A stretch of DNA of 64,000 nt, taken from assembly GCF_022045235.1 (NCBI RefSeq), contig NW_027266297.1, forward strand, positions 72,168,001 through 72,232,000, read 5' to 3'. Below are positions 23,894 to 38,020 of this stretch, piece by piece. Position numbers and translations under genes: made by a program. The notes below the pieces were generated by a model. The model did not search any database. It saw only the letters and a program-made list of their open reading frames with translations, and had not been told where the DNA came from. The DNA comes from Haliotis cracherodii. Lineage: Eukaryota. The stretch's first letter is position 1. Each line of letters begins with the position of its first letter.

Positions 23894-25007
23894 GTAACCT
23901 ATTAGTCTGTTAACAGCAGACTAAAGTTAAAAAGTTAACCAGGTGTTAACAGACCAGCAGCTAACCTGATGTTAAAAGACAAATTAATCTGCTGTTAACA
24001 GACAGTGAATCTGCTGTTCTGTGGAGAAGCAGTTACCGGGTAATGTGCTGTTAACGGACATGGAACAGCCAGTCTAAGCCCGATCGTTTCAAATGGGTTC
24101 CCAACTCTTGGAGAAAACACTTCCACATTCCTCAGCATTCACCCCTAATTCCTCAGACAGGCTTGTGAAACAACTCCTTAATCACTATTGATTCTGATAT
24201 GAAAGACCTGCTACGGCATCTATTTTCATTCATATTTCATTTTTGTGAAAAGCTTCATTCCGGTCCCCACTGTCCCGTGGGAGCCGGCCATAAGCCAGCA
24301 TCATGTGACACATTCCATGTCGGCTCCAGCACAGGGACCCAAGCCTTGATATGTTAAATTACACAATATTTCTCTGAATCCTCCCATTCCAGGCTTGAAG
24401 GAGGAAAGAGTAATATAATTTAGACCCAGGGATTACTGAAGAACTTTACTGTCCAATCAGCCGCTCAGGTTAATGAAAAGTGCTGTTCATCAATGAGACT
24501 AAATTCCTCACACTCAGCCGGTCGCATGCGTCTATACATAAACATACAAATCTTTGATTACACTTGTACTATTTTTAGATAACAAAATTCGCCACAAGAT
24601 TAACACAAGCCACGATTCCAAGGCAGACCATACTGATGAGATGTCTCTTATGGTCGTAAGTCGAAGCTAAAATGAACAAATAGATGCTCAGAATTACGAT
24701 ATAAATGACACTGAGGACATTTTCCACTCTCTGTAAACAGGAAATCTAACAAAGAATGTAAGGACAAATTGGAGTATTGCCATCACAATCTAACACCCGG
24801 AGTTTAGGTAAACACCTCCTTATTAATCAGTTTCTTGTTTATTTGCTGTTGGTTAATACTGCAGTCAGCAATACTCCAGCCCGATTAGTGGAAGCAATCA
24901 ACACACATCCAAAGGCTGGAAGACTAAAGGTGGCAGATCACCTAAATATACAACATTATTACTCAAAAGAAGTCAGGATGAGCTAAGGCTTCAAGGCAAT
25001 GACTAAA

Positions 25008-25416
25008 GGGAAGATAAGCTAGGAGTCAGGGAACTGACTGATGGGAAGATGAGCTAGGAGTCAAGGAACTGACTGATGGGAAGATAAGCTAGGAGTCAAG
25101 GAACTGACTGATGGGAAGATGAGCTAGGAGTCAAGGAACTGACTGATGGGAAGATGAGCTAGGAGTCAGGGAACTGACTGATGGGAAGATAAGCTAGGAG
25201 TCAAGGAACTGACTGATGGGAAGATGAGCTAGGAGTCAAGGAACTGACTGATGGGAAGATGAGCTAGGAGTCAAGGAACGGACTGATGGGAAGATGAGCT
25301 AGGAGTCAAGGAACTGACTGATGGGAAGATGACCTAGGAGTCAAGGAACTGACTGATGGGAAGATGAGCTAGGAGTCAAGGAACTGACTGATGGGAAGAT
25401 AAGCTAGGAGTCAAGG
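25008..25416. repeat. Tandem array, 35-bp unit
   Basis: gggaagatgagctaggagtcaaggaactgactgat repeated. Confidence 0.96.
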
Positions 25417-25490
25417 CAATGTTGATCTATGTTGGTCAATTTCTACAAGTACAGATTCTTTGTGCATGTTTCTGACCCTAGAATCCCAAT

Positions 25491-27391
25491 ACCAATAGTA
25501 AACACCTTGACATGTCTGCAGGTGTCTGACACACCAATAGTAAACACCTTGACATGTCTGCAGGTGTCTGACACACCAATAGTAAACACCTTGACATGTC
25601 TGCAGGTGTCTGACACACCAATAGTAAACACCTTGACATGTCTGCAGGCGTCTGACACACCAATAGTAAACACCTTGACATGTCTGCAGGCGTCTGACAC
25701 ACCAATAGTAAACACCTTGACATGTCTGCAGGCGTCTGACACACCAATAGTAAACACCTTGACATGTCTGCAGGCGTCTGACACACCAATAGTAAACACC
25801 TTGACATGTCTGCAGGTGTCTGACACACCAATAGTAAACACCTTGACATGTCTGCAGGTGTCTGACACACCAATAGTAAACACCTTGACATGTCTGCAGG
25901 TGTCTGACACACCAATAGTAAACACCTTGACATGTCTGTAGGTGTCTGACACACCAATAGTAAACACCTTGACATGTCTGCAGGCGTCTGACACACCAAT
26001 AGTAAACACCTTGACATGTCTGCAGGTGTCTGACACACCAATAGTAAACACCTTGACATGTCTGCAGGCGTCTGACACACCAATAGTAAACACCTTGACA
26101 TGTCTGCAGGTGTCTGACACACCAATAGTAAACACCTTGACATGTCTGCAGGTGTCTGACACACCAATAGTAAACACCTTGACATGTCTGCAGGCGTCTG
26201 ACACACCAATAGTAAACACCTTGACATGTTTGCAGGCGTCTGACACACCAATAGTAAACACCTTGACATGTCTGCAGGTGTCTGACACACCAATAGTAAA
26301 CACCTTGACATGAGGTGTCTGACACACCAATAGTAAACACCTTGACATGTCTGCAGGTGTCTGACACACCAATAGTAAACACCTTGACATGTCTGCAGGC
26401 GTCTGACACACCAATAGTAAACACCTTGACATGAGGTGTCTGACACACCAATAGTAAACACCTTGACATGTCTGCAGGTGTCTGACACACCAATAGTAAA
26501 CACCTTGACATGAGGTGTCTGACACACCAATAGTAAACACCTTGACATGTCTGCAGGCGTCTGACACACCAATAGTAAACACCTTGACATGTCTGCAGGC
26601 GTCTGACACACCAATAGTAAACACCTTGACATGTCTGCAGGTGTCTGACACACCAATAGTAAACACCTTGACATGTCTGCAGGTGTCTGACACACCAATA
26701 GTAAACACCTTGACATGAGGTGTCTGACACACCAATAGTAAACACCTTGACATGTCTGCAGGTGTCTGACACACCAATAGTAAACACCTTGACATGAGGT
26801 GTCTGACACACCAATAGTAAACACCTTGACATGTCTGCAGGCGTCTGACACACCAATAGTAAACACCTTGACATGTCTGCAGGTGTCTGACACACCAATA
26901 GTAAACACCTTGACATGTCTGCAGGTGTCTGACACACCAATAGTAAACACCTTGACATGTCTGCAGGTGTCTGACACACCAATAGTAAACACCTTGACAT
27001 GTCTGCAGGCGTCTGACACACCAATAGTAAACACCTTGACATGTCTGCAGGTGTCTGACACACCAACAGTAAACACCTTGACATGTCTGCAGGTGTCTGA
27101 CACACCAATAGTAAACACCTTGACATGTCTGCAGGTGTCTGACACACCAATAGTAAACACCTTGACATGAGGTGTCTGACACACCAATAGTAAACACCTT
27201 GACATGTCTGCAGGTGTCTGACACACCAATAGTAAACACCTTGACATGTCTGCAGGTGTCTGACACACCAATAGTAAACACCTTGACATGTCTGCAGGTG
27301 TCTGACACACCAATAGTAAACACCTTGACATGTCTGCAGGTGTCTGACACACCAATAGTAAACACCTTGACATGTCTGCAGGTGTCTGACA
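25491..27391. repeat. Tandem array, 42-bp unit with interspersed 37-bp deletion variant, about 46 copies
   Basis: accaatagtaaacaccttgacatg(tctgc)aggtgtctgacac repeated. Confidence 0.98.
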
Positions 27392-27639
27392 GGCAAGTGC
27401 TGCAGTGATAATGGAAGAAACAAGCATACACCGAGAGCCAACCACCTACACAAGGTGTCCCTCAGGTTGTCAGGCACCGGTGACAGCAAGACAGTGGAGA
27501 TGAAAACTAGAGTTTTGATTCGGGAATTGTCACAATAAGTAGAGGGTTACTTAATATACTGTTAGACTGCACAGTGGGGCGGTGCAAGGTAGAAATTACT
27601 TCCATACAGCCAGGAAAAGACATAATTCTACAGGGCAAG

Positions 27640-27900
27640 TGTTTGTTTGTTGTTAAACATCGCACTCATCAATATTCCAGCTATATGACGGCACTGTGTA
27701 AATAATCAAGTCTGGACCAGACAATCCAGTGATTGACATCATAAGCATCGATTCACAAAATTGGCATACGATGACATGTATCAACCAAGTCAACGAACCT
27801 GACCACCCAATCCCGTTACTCGCTCTTATGACAAGCATAGTTTGCTCTTTGGGCAAGCACAGGTTGCAAAGACCTATTCTACCCCGGGTCTTCATAGGTC
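27640..27900 (-). mobile_element. SINE-like family D, full length, diverged
   Basis: Reverse-complement homolog of 19003-19250; (AAAC)n tail. Confidence 0.85.
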
Positions 27901-28654
27901 GTAAGTGAGTATTTAGTGAGTGAGTGACATTGAACGACTGGAACAAATCAGTACATGAAGAGGGAGCTGTCTTTCTTCATTCAACATCAGTGAACATCCA
28001 TGAGGTATTAGGACATGCACCCCCCTTAAAACACAAAATGTGAATAATTTGTCAGTATTTACATTTTTAAAGCAATAACAAATTAATTATTAGATTCTAA
28101 TCTCGTCAACCTAAATAGCAAGTTCCTGGGTCCCATCATTTTATTGTCCTGAAGTCCTAGAAGCAAAGATAATCCCTTCCAATTTGATGACATACATCAT
28201 CCTACCAAATATCTTAATGTGAATCACATCCCTCATCAGTTGATGTACCTAGATGCCTCCCACCTTTCTTGAAATCATTAAATGAAATCTGGTAATTAAC
28301 TTAATGTGGCTACAAGACCGGAAGTATTACTGGTGACTCTTAATGGCTTTTGCCATCGAATCCTAGTTATGCAGTGATTTATACATGTAGCTTGTGGTGT
28401 GACAGAGATTTGACTTAAACTGCATATCAAGCTGCTTTGCCACTAAGTTCATTGACCTACAATGGAGATGTTGTTCATTTTCTGATTACACATGGTCGTT
28501 AGGGCTTGTATTTATTATCTACACTGAGAAAAACAACTACACAAAATAGCAGGCCTATAAAACCCCATCCTCTGATTCATATGTGACATTAATATTTTGA
28601 ACTGAACCCGAGTCAGCTTGATATCACAAAGGAGAATTACAAGATATAACACTT

Positions 28655-30422
28655 GGTATGACACTAGACATGACACTAGGTATGACACAAGACATGACAC
28701 TAGGTATGACACAAGACATGACACTAGGTATGATACTAGGCATGACACTAGACATGACACAAGACATGACACAAGACATGACACTAGGTATGATACTAGG
28801 TATGACACAAGACATGACACTAGGTATGATACTAGGCATGACACTAGGTATGATACTAGGCATGACACAAGACATGACACTAGACATCACACTAGGTATG
28901 ACACAAGACATGACACAAGACATGACACTAGGTATGATACTAGGTATGACACAAGACATGACACTAGGTATGATACTAGGCATGACACTAGGTATGACAC
29001 AAGACATGACACTAGGTATGATACTAGTCGTGACACTAGACATGACACAAGACATGACACTGGGTATGACACAAGACATGACACTAGGTATGATACTAGG
29101 CATGACACTAGGTATGACACTAGAGATGACACTAGGTATGATACTAGGCATGACACTAGGTATGACACAAGACATGACACTAGGTATGATACTAGTCGTG
29201 ACACTAGACATGACACAAGACATGACACTGGGTATGACACAAGACATGACACTAGGTACGACACTAAGCATGACAATAGGTATGACACTAGAGATGACAT
29301 ACATGACACTAGGTATGGCACTAGACATAACACTGGGTCTGATACTAGGCAGTGCCTATTGTCATACCTCGTGCCATGTCTAGGGTCATGTACATTATGT
29401 CAAGTGTCATACCTAGTGTCATGCCTAGTGCATTACCTAGTGTCATGTCTTGTGTCATGCCTTGTATCATATCTAGTGCCATGCCTAGTGTCATATCTAG
29501 TGTCGTGCCTAGTGTCATGTTTTGCATCATGTATGTCATGTCTAGTGTCATACCTAGTGTCATGCCTAGTGCCATGTCTAGTGTAGTGTCTTGTATCATG
29601 TCTTATGTCATACCTAGTGCCATGCCTAGTGTCATACCTAGTGCTGTGTCTAGTGTCATGTATGTCATGTCTAGTGTTATACCTAGTGTCATGCCTAGTG
29701 TCATACCTAGTGCCATGTCTAGGGTCATGTATGTCATGTTAAGTGTCATACCTAGTGTCATGCCTAGTGCATTACCTAGAGTCATGTCTAGTGTCATACC
29801 TAGTGTCATTTCTAGTGTCATGTCTTGTGTCATGCCTAGTATCATACCTAGTGCCATGTCTAGTGCCATGTCTAGTGTCATGCCTAGTGCCATGTCTTGT
29901 GTCATGTATGTCATGTCTAGTGTCATGTCTTGTGTCATGTGTGTCATGTCTAGTGTCATACCTAGTGTCATGCCTAGTGCCATGTCTTGTGTAGTGTCTT
30001 GTATCATGTCTTATGTCATACCTAGTGTCATGCCTAGTATCATACCTAATATCATGCCTAGTGTCATGCCTAGTATTATACCTAGTATCATGCCTATTAT
30101 CATACCTAGTATCATACCTAATGTCATACCTAGTGCCATGTCTTGTGTAGTGTCTTGTATCATGTCTTATGTCATACCTAGTGTCATGCCTAGTATCATA
30201 CCTAATATCATGCCTATTATCATACCTAGTATCATACCTAGTATCATGCCTATTATCATACCTAGTATTATACCTAGTGTCATGCCTAGTATCATACCTA
30301 ATGTCATACCTAGTGCCATGTCTAGTGTAGTTGTATCATGTCTAGTGTCATACCTAGTGTCTAGATACTAGTTATCACACTAAACATGACACTAGGCCTG
30401 ACACTTGACATGACACTAGGCA
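28655..30422. repeat. 12-bp satellite with an internal orientation switch
   Basis: catgacactagg units to about 29350, cctagtgtcatg units to about 30362, then briefly forward again. Confidence 0.95.
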
Positions 30423-30737
30423 TGTCACTTGTCCCCTAACCAGGGACTGTCATACAGGATGTTTCATCCTACGCCTCTGCCATCAAGAGACAAGCATGGG
30501 GAACTGGAGACGTAGACCATCACAGAAAAGCTATTTCACTCTGAACCTAGCACAGCCAGGAGACAAGCATTTGGATGGATTTGTTAGACACCAGAATTAT
30601 CCAGTGACTATTTCACCCTGATATATTCTGACCAGAAATCACTAAACAAATCACTGAGCTGGACATGTTTTAATCTATACCTCCACCACCAGGACACAAT
30701 CAAGTTCCAGACTTAGCACCTGGGGACCAGTGTATTT

Positions 30738-31825
30738 NNNNNNNNNNNNNNNNNNNNNNNNNNNNNNNNNNNNNNNNNNNNNNNNNNNNNNNNNNNNNNN
30801 NNNNNNNNNNNNNNNNNNNNNNNNNNNNNNNNNNNNNNNNNNNNNNNNNNNNNNNNNNNNNNNNNNNNNNNNNNNNNNNNNNNNNNNNNNNNNNNNNNNN
30901 NNNNNNNNNNNNNNNNNNNNNNNNNNNNNNNNNNNNNNNNNNNNNNNNNNNNNNNNNNNNNNNNNNNNNNNNNNNNNNNNNNNNNNNNNNNNNNNNNNNN
31001 NNNNNNNNNNNNACCAACACCAACACCAACACCAACACCAACACCAACACCACCAACACCAACACCACCCACAACACCAACACCACCAACACCAACACCA
31101 TCAACACCAACACCAACACCAACANNNNNNNNNNNNNNNNNNNNNNNNNNNNNNNNNNNNNNNNNNNNNNNNNNNNNNNNNNNNNNNNNNNNNNNNNNNN
31201 NNNNNNNNNNNNNNNNNNNNNNNNNNNNNNNNNNNNNNNNNNNNNNNNNNNNNNNNNNNNNNNNNNNNNNNNNNNNNNNNNNNNNNNNNNNNNNNNNNNN
31301 NNNNNNNNNNNNNNNNNNNNNNNNNNNNNNNNNNNNNNNNNNNNNNNNNNNNNNNNNNNNNNNNNNNNNNNNNNNNNNNNNNNNNNNNNNACCACCCACA
31401 ACACCAACACCAACACCACCAACAACACCAACACCAACACCAACACCACCCACACCACCACCCACAACACCAACANNNNNNNNNNNNNNNNNNNNNNNNN
31501 NNNNNNNNNNNNNNNNNNNNNNNNNNNNNNNNNNNNNNNNNNNNNNNNNNNNNNNNNNNNNNNNNNNNNNNNNNNNNNNNNNNNNNNNNNNNNNNNNNNN
31601 NNNNNNNNNACCACCCACAACACCAACACCAACACCACCAACAACACCAACACCAACACCACCAACAACAACACCACCACCAACACCAACATCACCCACA
31701 ACACCAACACCAACACCAACACCAACACCAACACAAACAACACCACCCACAACAACACCAACACCAACACCATCCGCAACAACAACACCAACACCAACAC
31801 CACCCGCAACAACAACAACAACACA
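30738..31825. repeat. (ACCAAC)-type microsatellite broken by N gaps (30738-31012, 31125-31390, 31476-31609)
   Basis: Direct inspection. Confidence 0.9.
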
Positions 31826-32691
31826 AGGAGAGAAGCATGCATGGGAAATTTGGAACCAGCTTCATAGGAAACACTCTGCCAATAATCTGAAATGAGTTAA
31901 AATGAGTCAGTAATGGTATGGGCTTGACATTCTTTTTTGTGTGTCACAATCTCCATTCTCCAAACAGAAGCTCATGCAATAGAATAATGTTAAGCTTAAG
32001 TGAAAAACCTAATTGACAAAGCCATTTTTATTAGATTTGCTTAATTACTGTTATGATTATCTGCCTGTTTTATCAACACATGTGGGTGTGCTTTCACACG
32101 ATTTGCAACGCTTTGATGTCCAGCAAGCATAAAAAACCCATAACAAGGTGACAGTCATTGTTTACTTAAGTATCTATAAAAGTTCACTAATCAAGTAGAA
32201 ATAATATTGATGGAAGTCAAATTAAAATAGAATCCAACCTGTCATAAAAGCTGATTAAACTAATGCACACACTTTTAAATATTAGTGTTGTCTTGACAGT
32301 GTTGGGACAATGTTGCAAGTATCATAACCAAAGTTCCTAGGTACAGGAGCTCACCTTCAGGGAGAAATTATAGTTTTGTCCTTAAGTGAGAAAGATTCAG
32401 TGTTCAGATTTAAACTATGGTGTCAAGATTTTCCAACTGGACACTATGTGCCATCTGAAAGTTGGAAATGACAGATGTTAGTATTTTTTCCTTGATTTGT
32501 ACTGCAAATGAAGAATTATACATGTCTCATCTCCTACGCCTATGACTTCCAGTAAACTTATATTTTCAGTAAGTTACCTTTTTTATTTATAATTATGTAA
32601 TTTAGGAAGGAGTTTCTGCAAAATGGTTTCAATGTGTTCATTTTAATTTAGGAAGGAGTTTCTGCAAAATGGTTTCAATGTGTTCATTTTA

Positions 32692-33057
32692 ATGCAATGT
32701 GATCATGTTGTTTGCAATGTGTTCATGTTGTTTGCAATGTGTTCATGTTGTTTGCAATGAGTTCATGTTGTTTGCAATGTGTTCATGTTGTTTGCAATGT
32801 GATCATGTTGTTTGCAATGTGTTCATGTTGTTTGCAATGTGTTCATGTTGTTTGCAATGTGATCATGTTGTTTGCAATGTGTTCATGTTGTTTGCAATGT
32901 GTTCATGATGTTTGCAATGCGTTCACGTTGTTTGCAATGTGATCATGTTGTTTGCAATGTGTTCATGTTGTTTGCAATGTGTTCATGTTGTTTGCAATGT
33001 CTTCATGTTGTTTGCAATGTCTTCATGTTGTTTGCAATGTGTTCATGTTGTTTGCAA
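32692..33057. repeat. Tandem array, 20-bp unit
   Basis: atgtgttcatgttgtttgca repeated. Confidence 0.96.
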
Positions 33058-33389
33058 GTTTTTTTAGGATGACTGCATAATTGGCCAGCTTCAAAGGAAC
33101 ATAATATTTTCCCATACAGCAGAAACTGTACACTGCATGTATAACACAGGCTGCTTATATATAGACTAGTTTTCCATCACTATTGGTTTGAAGTTGGCTA
33201 ATATACACTGAATGAATGCACTTTTTTGTATCATCATTTCTTAAATGATGTATTTGTCTGAGCATGCCAGAATCCTATGGCGATGGGATCTAAATGCAGA
33301 TTTCCCTTATTATGATTGTTAGTTTGTCAGCAGCATATCAGGGTTCGTGGTTTTCTCCAAAGGTTTCCATCTTTGGAGTTACTGAAATA

Positions 33390-33733
33390 CCGTATTCGAC
33401 GTAATAAGTGCCCAGGGTGCTCTCAAAATTAGTAATATAGGGCTCTTATTAGAATATTATTTTGGTGAAAAAACAGAGTTGAAAGATAAATTTCCTGGTT
33501 TATGATGACAGCCTGAAATGTTTATATACGACAGATATATTTTTTCCAGAATTTAATTGCCCATAATTAAGGGTGCATATAACACATAAATGCATATTAT
33601 ACGCGAATAAATAAATCTTGTGTATATTGATAAATCGGAAGGGGTGCTAATTGGGATTGTTCACTAGCCAGTATATTACCAAATATCACCGTGGGCACTT
33701 ATTAGAGGGGGACGCTTATTATGTTGAATACAG
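33390..33733. mobile_element. Tc1/mariner-type MITE
   Basis: ta|CCGTATTCGACGTAATAAG ... CTTATTATGTTGAATACAG|ta. Confidence 0.78.
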
Positions 33734-34098
33734 TACTATTCAAACCCTATTCACTCATTTACTTGAAGAAGCATATTGATTTAATCGCAAATATTTCAAT
33801 TGCATGACAATCATAAGTTTGAAATAAAGATTCAGGAAGCTTGTGGTGATTCCAGTGATAAATAGTTCCCCCGACAACCAAGCGTGTAAAAAAACTGACC
33901 AAAATGAGCTTGGTTCAATGCTGTTTTAAACAGTCAGTACGTCATTGATTTCATCCCTTGAATGATGATGTGGGAGGAAAGCCCAACGTGATGTGAGGAA
34001 TAGACCCTAATGGGGGCACCCACAAACCCTGGTTGCAGGTACATTGTGTGTATGACTGCTGGTACTGGTCCTGACTAATTCCTTTTTATAGTGCTAGC

Positions 34099-34272
34099 GA
34101 GCGAGTGAGTGAGTGAAAATGGTTTTACGCCGCTTTTAGCAATGGTCCCGCAAAATCATGACGGGGCACACCAGAAATGGGCTTCACACATTGTTAACCC
34201 ATGTAGGGAATCGAACCCGGGTCTTCGGCGTGACAAGCGAACGCTTTAACCACTAGGCTCCCCGACCACCCC
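34099..34272 (-). mobile_element. SINE family B nested in a degenerate family C copy (about 34040-34440)
   Basis: TSD ttatagtgctagc on both sides; B-box ggaatcgaacc. Confidence 0.9.
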
Positions 34273-35387
34273 TTATAGTGCTAGCATACTGGGACTGTAG
34301 TTCTAACATGGAAACTGTTCGCCGGCATCTCCACATTTTGCTGAAGGAACCTAAAATTAGGCAGGGACACAGCAAGGACCACCATTTTAATGTCTTTAGG
34401 TATGCCATCGAGCTGGGGATTGAACCAATGACACCGACGTTACTGCAGCTGACTATGGCATTAAACAACATTCACTCTCATAATCAGGAACAGATAATTG
34501 ACAAGAACAAAACGTTAAAAGGACAAGCAAAAGTAACGCAGATGGCATACCAGCCGCCACAAAGGATCCATCTGAAGTTCATCACAAATATATTCAAACA
34601 ATCATAGACTCAACTCATCTCAACCATAGATTCACAATCACATTGCTTTCCATATTGATACCAAACTCCATACAGTAGCCATACAAATAGCAAAAGAAAA
34701 TTATATCCTTTCATCCTTGCCTGTTGTTCCAATATGTGGAGACAAGTCTGGTCCGAGACTGGAGGGAAGCAATACATCCAGAGAGTATGCTGGTGTGATG
34801 TGGGGGTCACCACACACATTAAGCCCAAAGCAGCATTCAGATTATTTAGATTAGTCAGCTCCTATGCTGATTTACGCACAGTCATGATTCCACTATAGAA
34901 GTGATGGATATTTTTATTAAAGAGCAAATGTATCCAAGGCTTTCGTGTCTATTGCCTACACCAGAGTGACAAATAATCAATGGACGATTATCTGGTGAAA
35001 GTTTTTCCATGTAAGGTTGGCGGATATTATCGTTTTAGTAGGTATTACAGTTAAGTAATGAGATACAATGCACACTCATCACATTAACACTATTATTTTC
35101 AAAATATTTATCCTAACATTGCATGTGCTAAAATTAGCCAAGCTTTTTGTCAATGAAACAAATCTACATTAGTTCTAGGGGCATTAGTATTCTCCTGAGA
35201 TAGTAATAGCAACGCCGTATTTTCAATCAAAATAATGCCGAGTCACAGCTGTTGGATTGAAAGGGTATTTGATTCCTTGTGTTAGCATTCTGTGCCACCG
35301 ACTCTAAGGCTGGCCGTGCACAGAATGGATAGTAATAGTTGCAGTAGGAGTGATGGTCGTAGTAGTGGTAGTAATAGTGATATTAGT

Positions 35388-35390
35388 GGC

Positions 35391-35428
<38 letters not shown>

Positions 35429-35469
35429 GAGATGTAGTAGTAGATGTAGTAGTAGTAGTAGTAGTAGAT

Positions 35470-35509
<40 letters not shown>

Positions 35510-35646
35510 ATGTAGTAGTAGTATATGTAGTAGGGGATGTAGTAGTAGTAGTCGTAGTAGATTTATTAGATGTAGTAGTAGTAGATGTAGTAGTAGTAGT
35601 AGTAGTAGTAGATGTAGTAGTAGTAGTAGATGTAGTAGTAGTAGAT

Positions 35647-35680
<34 letters not shown>

Positions 35681-35853
35681 ATGTAGTAGTAGTAGTAGAT
35701 GTAGTAGTAGTAGATGTAGTAGTAGATGTAGTAGTAGTAGATGTAGTAGTAGTTGTAGATGTAGTAGTAGTAGTAGTAGATGTAGTAGTAGTAGTAGATG
35801 TAGAAGTAGTAGTAGTAGTAGTAGATGTAGTAGTAGTAGTAGTAGTAGTAGAT

Positions 35854-35884
<31 letters not shown>

Positions 35885-35995
35885 ATGTAGTATGAGATGT
35901 AGTAGTAGTAGTAGTAGTAGATGTAGTATGAGATGTAGTAGTAGTAGTAGATGTAGTATGAGATGTAGTAGTAGTAGTAGTAAATGTAGTAGTAA
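35388..35995. repeat. (AGT)n microsatellite with AGATGT interruptions
   Basis: Direct inspection. Confidence 0.97.
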
Positions 35996-36140
35996 ATCAT
36001 GAACATTGATCTATTCAAGTGGGATGATAGCTATGACATGTATCAACCAAGCCAGCAAGCCTGACCACCCAATCCTGTTAGTCGTTCTTATGACAAGCAT
36101 GGGTTGCTGTAGACCTATTCCAACTTGGATTCTTCAGAGG
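35996..36140 (-). mobile_element. SINE-like family D, 5' half
   Basis: gcctgaccacccaatcctgttagtcgttcttatgacaagcatgggttgctgtagacctattc. Confidence 0.8.
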
Positions 36141-36237
36141 ACATAGCTATGAGTAGTGGTAGAAACAGCATCAGTAGTAATAGAAGTAGTAGTAATACTG
36201 ATGTCTTGTCAGAGAAAAATCTAAATATAATCTGTAA

Positions 36238-37741
36238 CTATACATTATTACCCAAGTGGCAACAACTATTACATTATTACCCAAGTGGCAACAGCTATTA
36301 CATTATTACCCATGTGGCAACATCTGTTATATTATTACCCAAGGGGCAACAACTATTATATTATTACCCAAGTGGCAACAACTATCATATTATTACCCAA
36401 GTGGCAACAGCTATTATATTATTACCCAAGTGGCAACAACTATTACATTATTACCCAAGTGGCAACAACTATTACATTATTACCCAAGTGGCAACAGCTA
36501 TTACATTATTACCCGGGGCAACAGCTATTATATTATTACCCAAGTGGCAACAACTATTACATTATTACCCATGTGGCAACAGCTATTACATTATTACCCA
36601 TGTGGCAACATCTATTATATAATTACCCAAGTGGCAACATCTATTATATTATTACCCATGTGGCAACAGCTATTACATTATTACCCAAGTGGCAACATCT
36701 ATTATATTATTACCAAAGTGGCAACAACTATACATTATTACCCAAGAGGCAACATCTATTATATTATTACCCAGGGGCAACAGCTATTACATTATTACCC
36801 AAGTGGCAACAACTATTACATTATTACCCAAGTGGCAACATCTATTACATAATTACCCAAGTAGCAACATCTATTATATTATTACCCAAGTGGCAACAGC
36901 TATTACATTATTACCCAAGTGGCAACATCTATTATATTATTACCAAAGTGGCAACAACTATACATTATTACCCAAGAGGCAACATCTATTATATTATTAC
37001 CTAGGGGCAACAGCTATTATATTATTACCCAAGTGGCAACAACTATTACATTATTACCCATGTGGCAACATCTATTATATAATTACCCAAGTGGCAACAT
37101 CTATTATAATATTACCCAAGTGGCAACAACTATTACATTATTACCTAAGTGGCAACAGCTATCACATTATTACCCATGTGGCAACATCTATTATATAATT
37201 ACCCAAGTGGCAACATCTATTATATTATTACCCAAGTGGCAACAACTATTACATTATTACCCAAGTGGCAACAGCTATTACATTATTACCCAAGTGGCAA
37301 CAGCTATTATATAATTACCCAAGTGGCAACATCTATTATATTATTACCCATGTGGCAACAGCTATTACATTATTACCCAAGTGGCAACATCTATTATTTT
37401 ATTACCCAAGTGGCAACAACTATACATTATTACCCAAGAGGCAACATCTATTATATTATTACCCAGGGGCAACAGCTATTATATTATTACCCAAGTGGAA
37501 AAAACTATTACATTATTACCCATGTGGCAACATCTATTATATAATTACCCAAGTGGCAACATCTATTAGATTATTACCCAAGTGGCAACAACTATTACAT
37601 TTTTACCCAAGTGGCAACAGCTATTACATTATTACCCATGTGGCAACATCTATTATATAATTACCCAAGTGGCAACATCTATTATATTATTACCCAAGTG
37701 GCAACATCTATTATATTTTTACCCAAGTGGCAACAACTATT
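36238..37741. repeat. Tandem array, about 29-bp unit
   Basis: ctattacattattacccaagtggcaaca(a/g/t) repeated. Confidence 0.97.
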
Positions 37742-38020
37742 GCTGGAATGATTTGAGATATAAATGACCTCTTGGTATCATTGTTTTTCTCATATGCAAT
37801 TGGCTCTAATAGAAATTACATCTTCAGATTGGTACAATATACTTACTTCATCAAGAAGAATTGCCAGTTAGCACAGAAATTTCATGTGCAGAAAGGGAAT
37901 TCCCTGGTGTGACTAATGCTATATAAGTGCAATAATCTTGGACCCTGACATTAAACCCAATATTTTTCCAGTCATCCTGCCTCTGCATATGACTTTAATC
38001 TGACACCCTTTAACTATTCA

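Noticed and set aside
25411-27489. Three 650-690-aa ORFs, plus similar long ORFs at 13337-14242, 28618-30371, 35292-37767, 46132-47493 and 48421-49686
   Set aside because: They arise from stop-free tandem repeat units, are open in several frames at once, and show no splice or domain evidence.
30700-31890. ORFs through poly-X and His/Gln or Val/Gly repeats
   Set aside because: N gaps plus an ACCAAC microsatellite.
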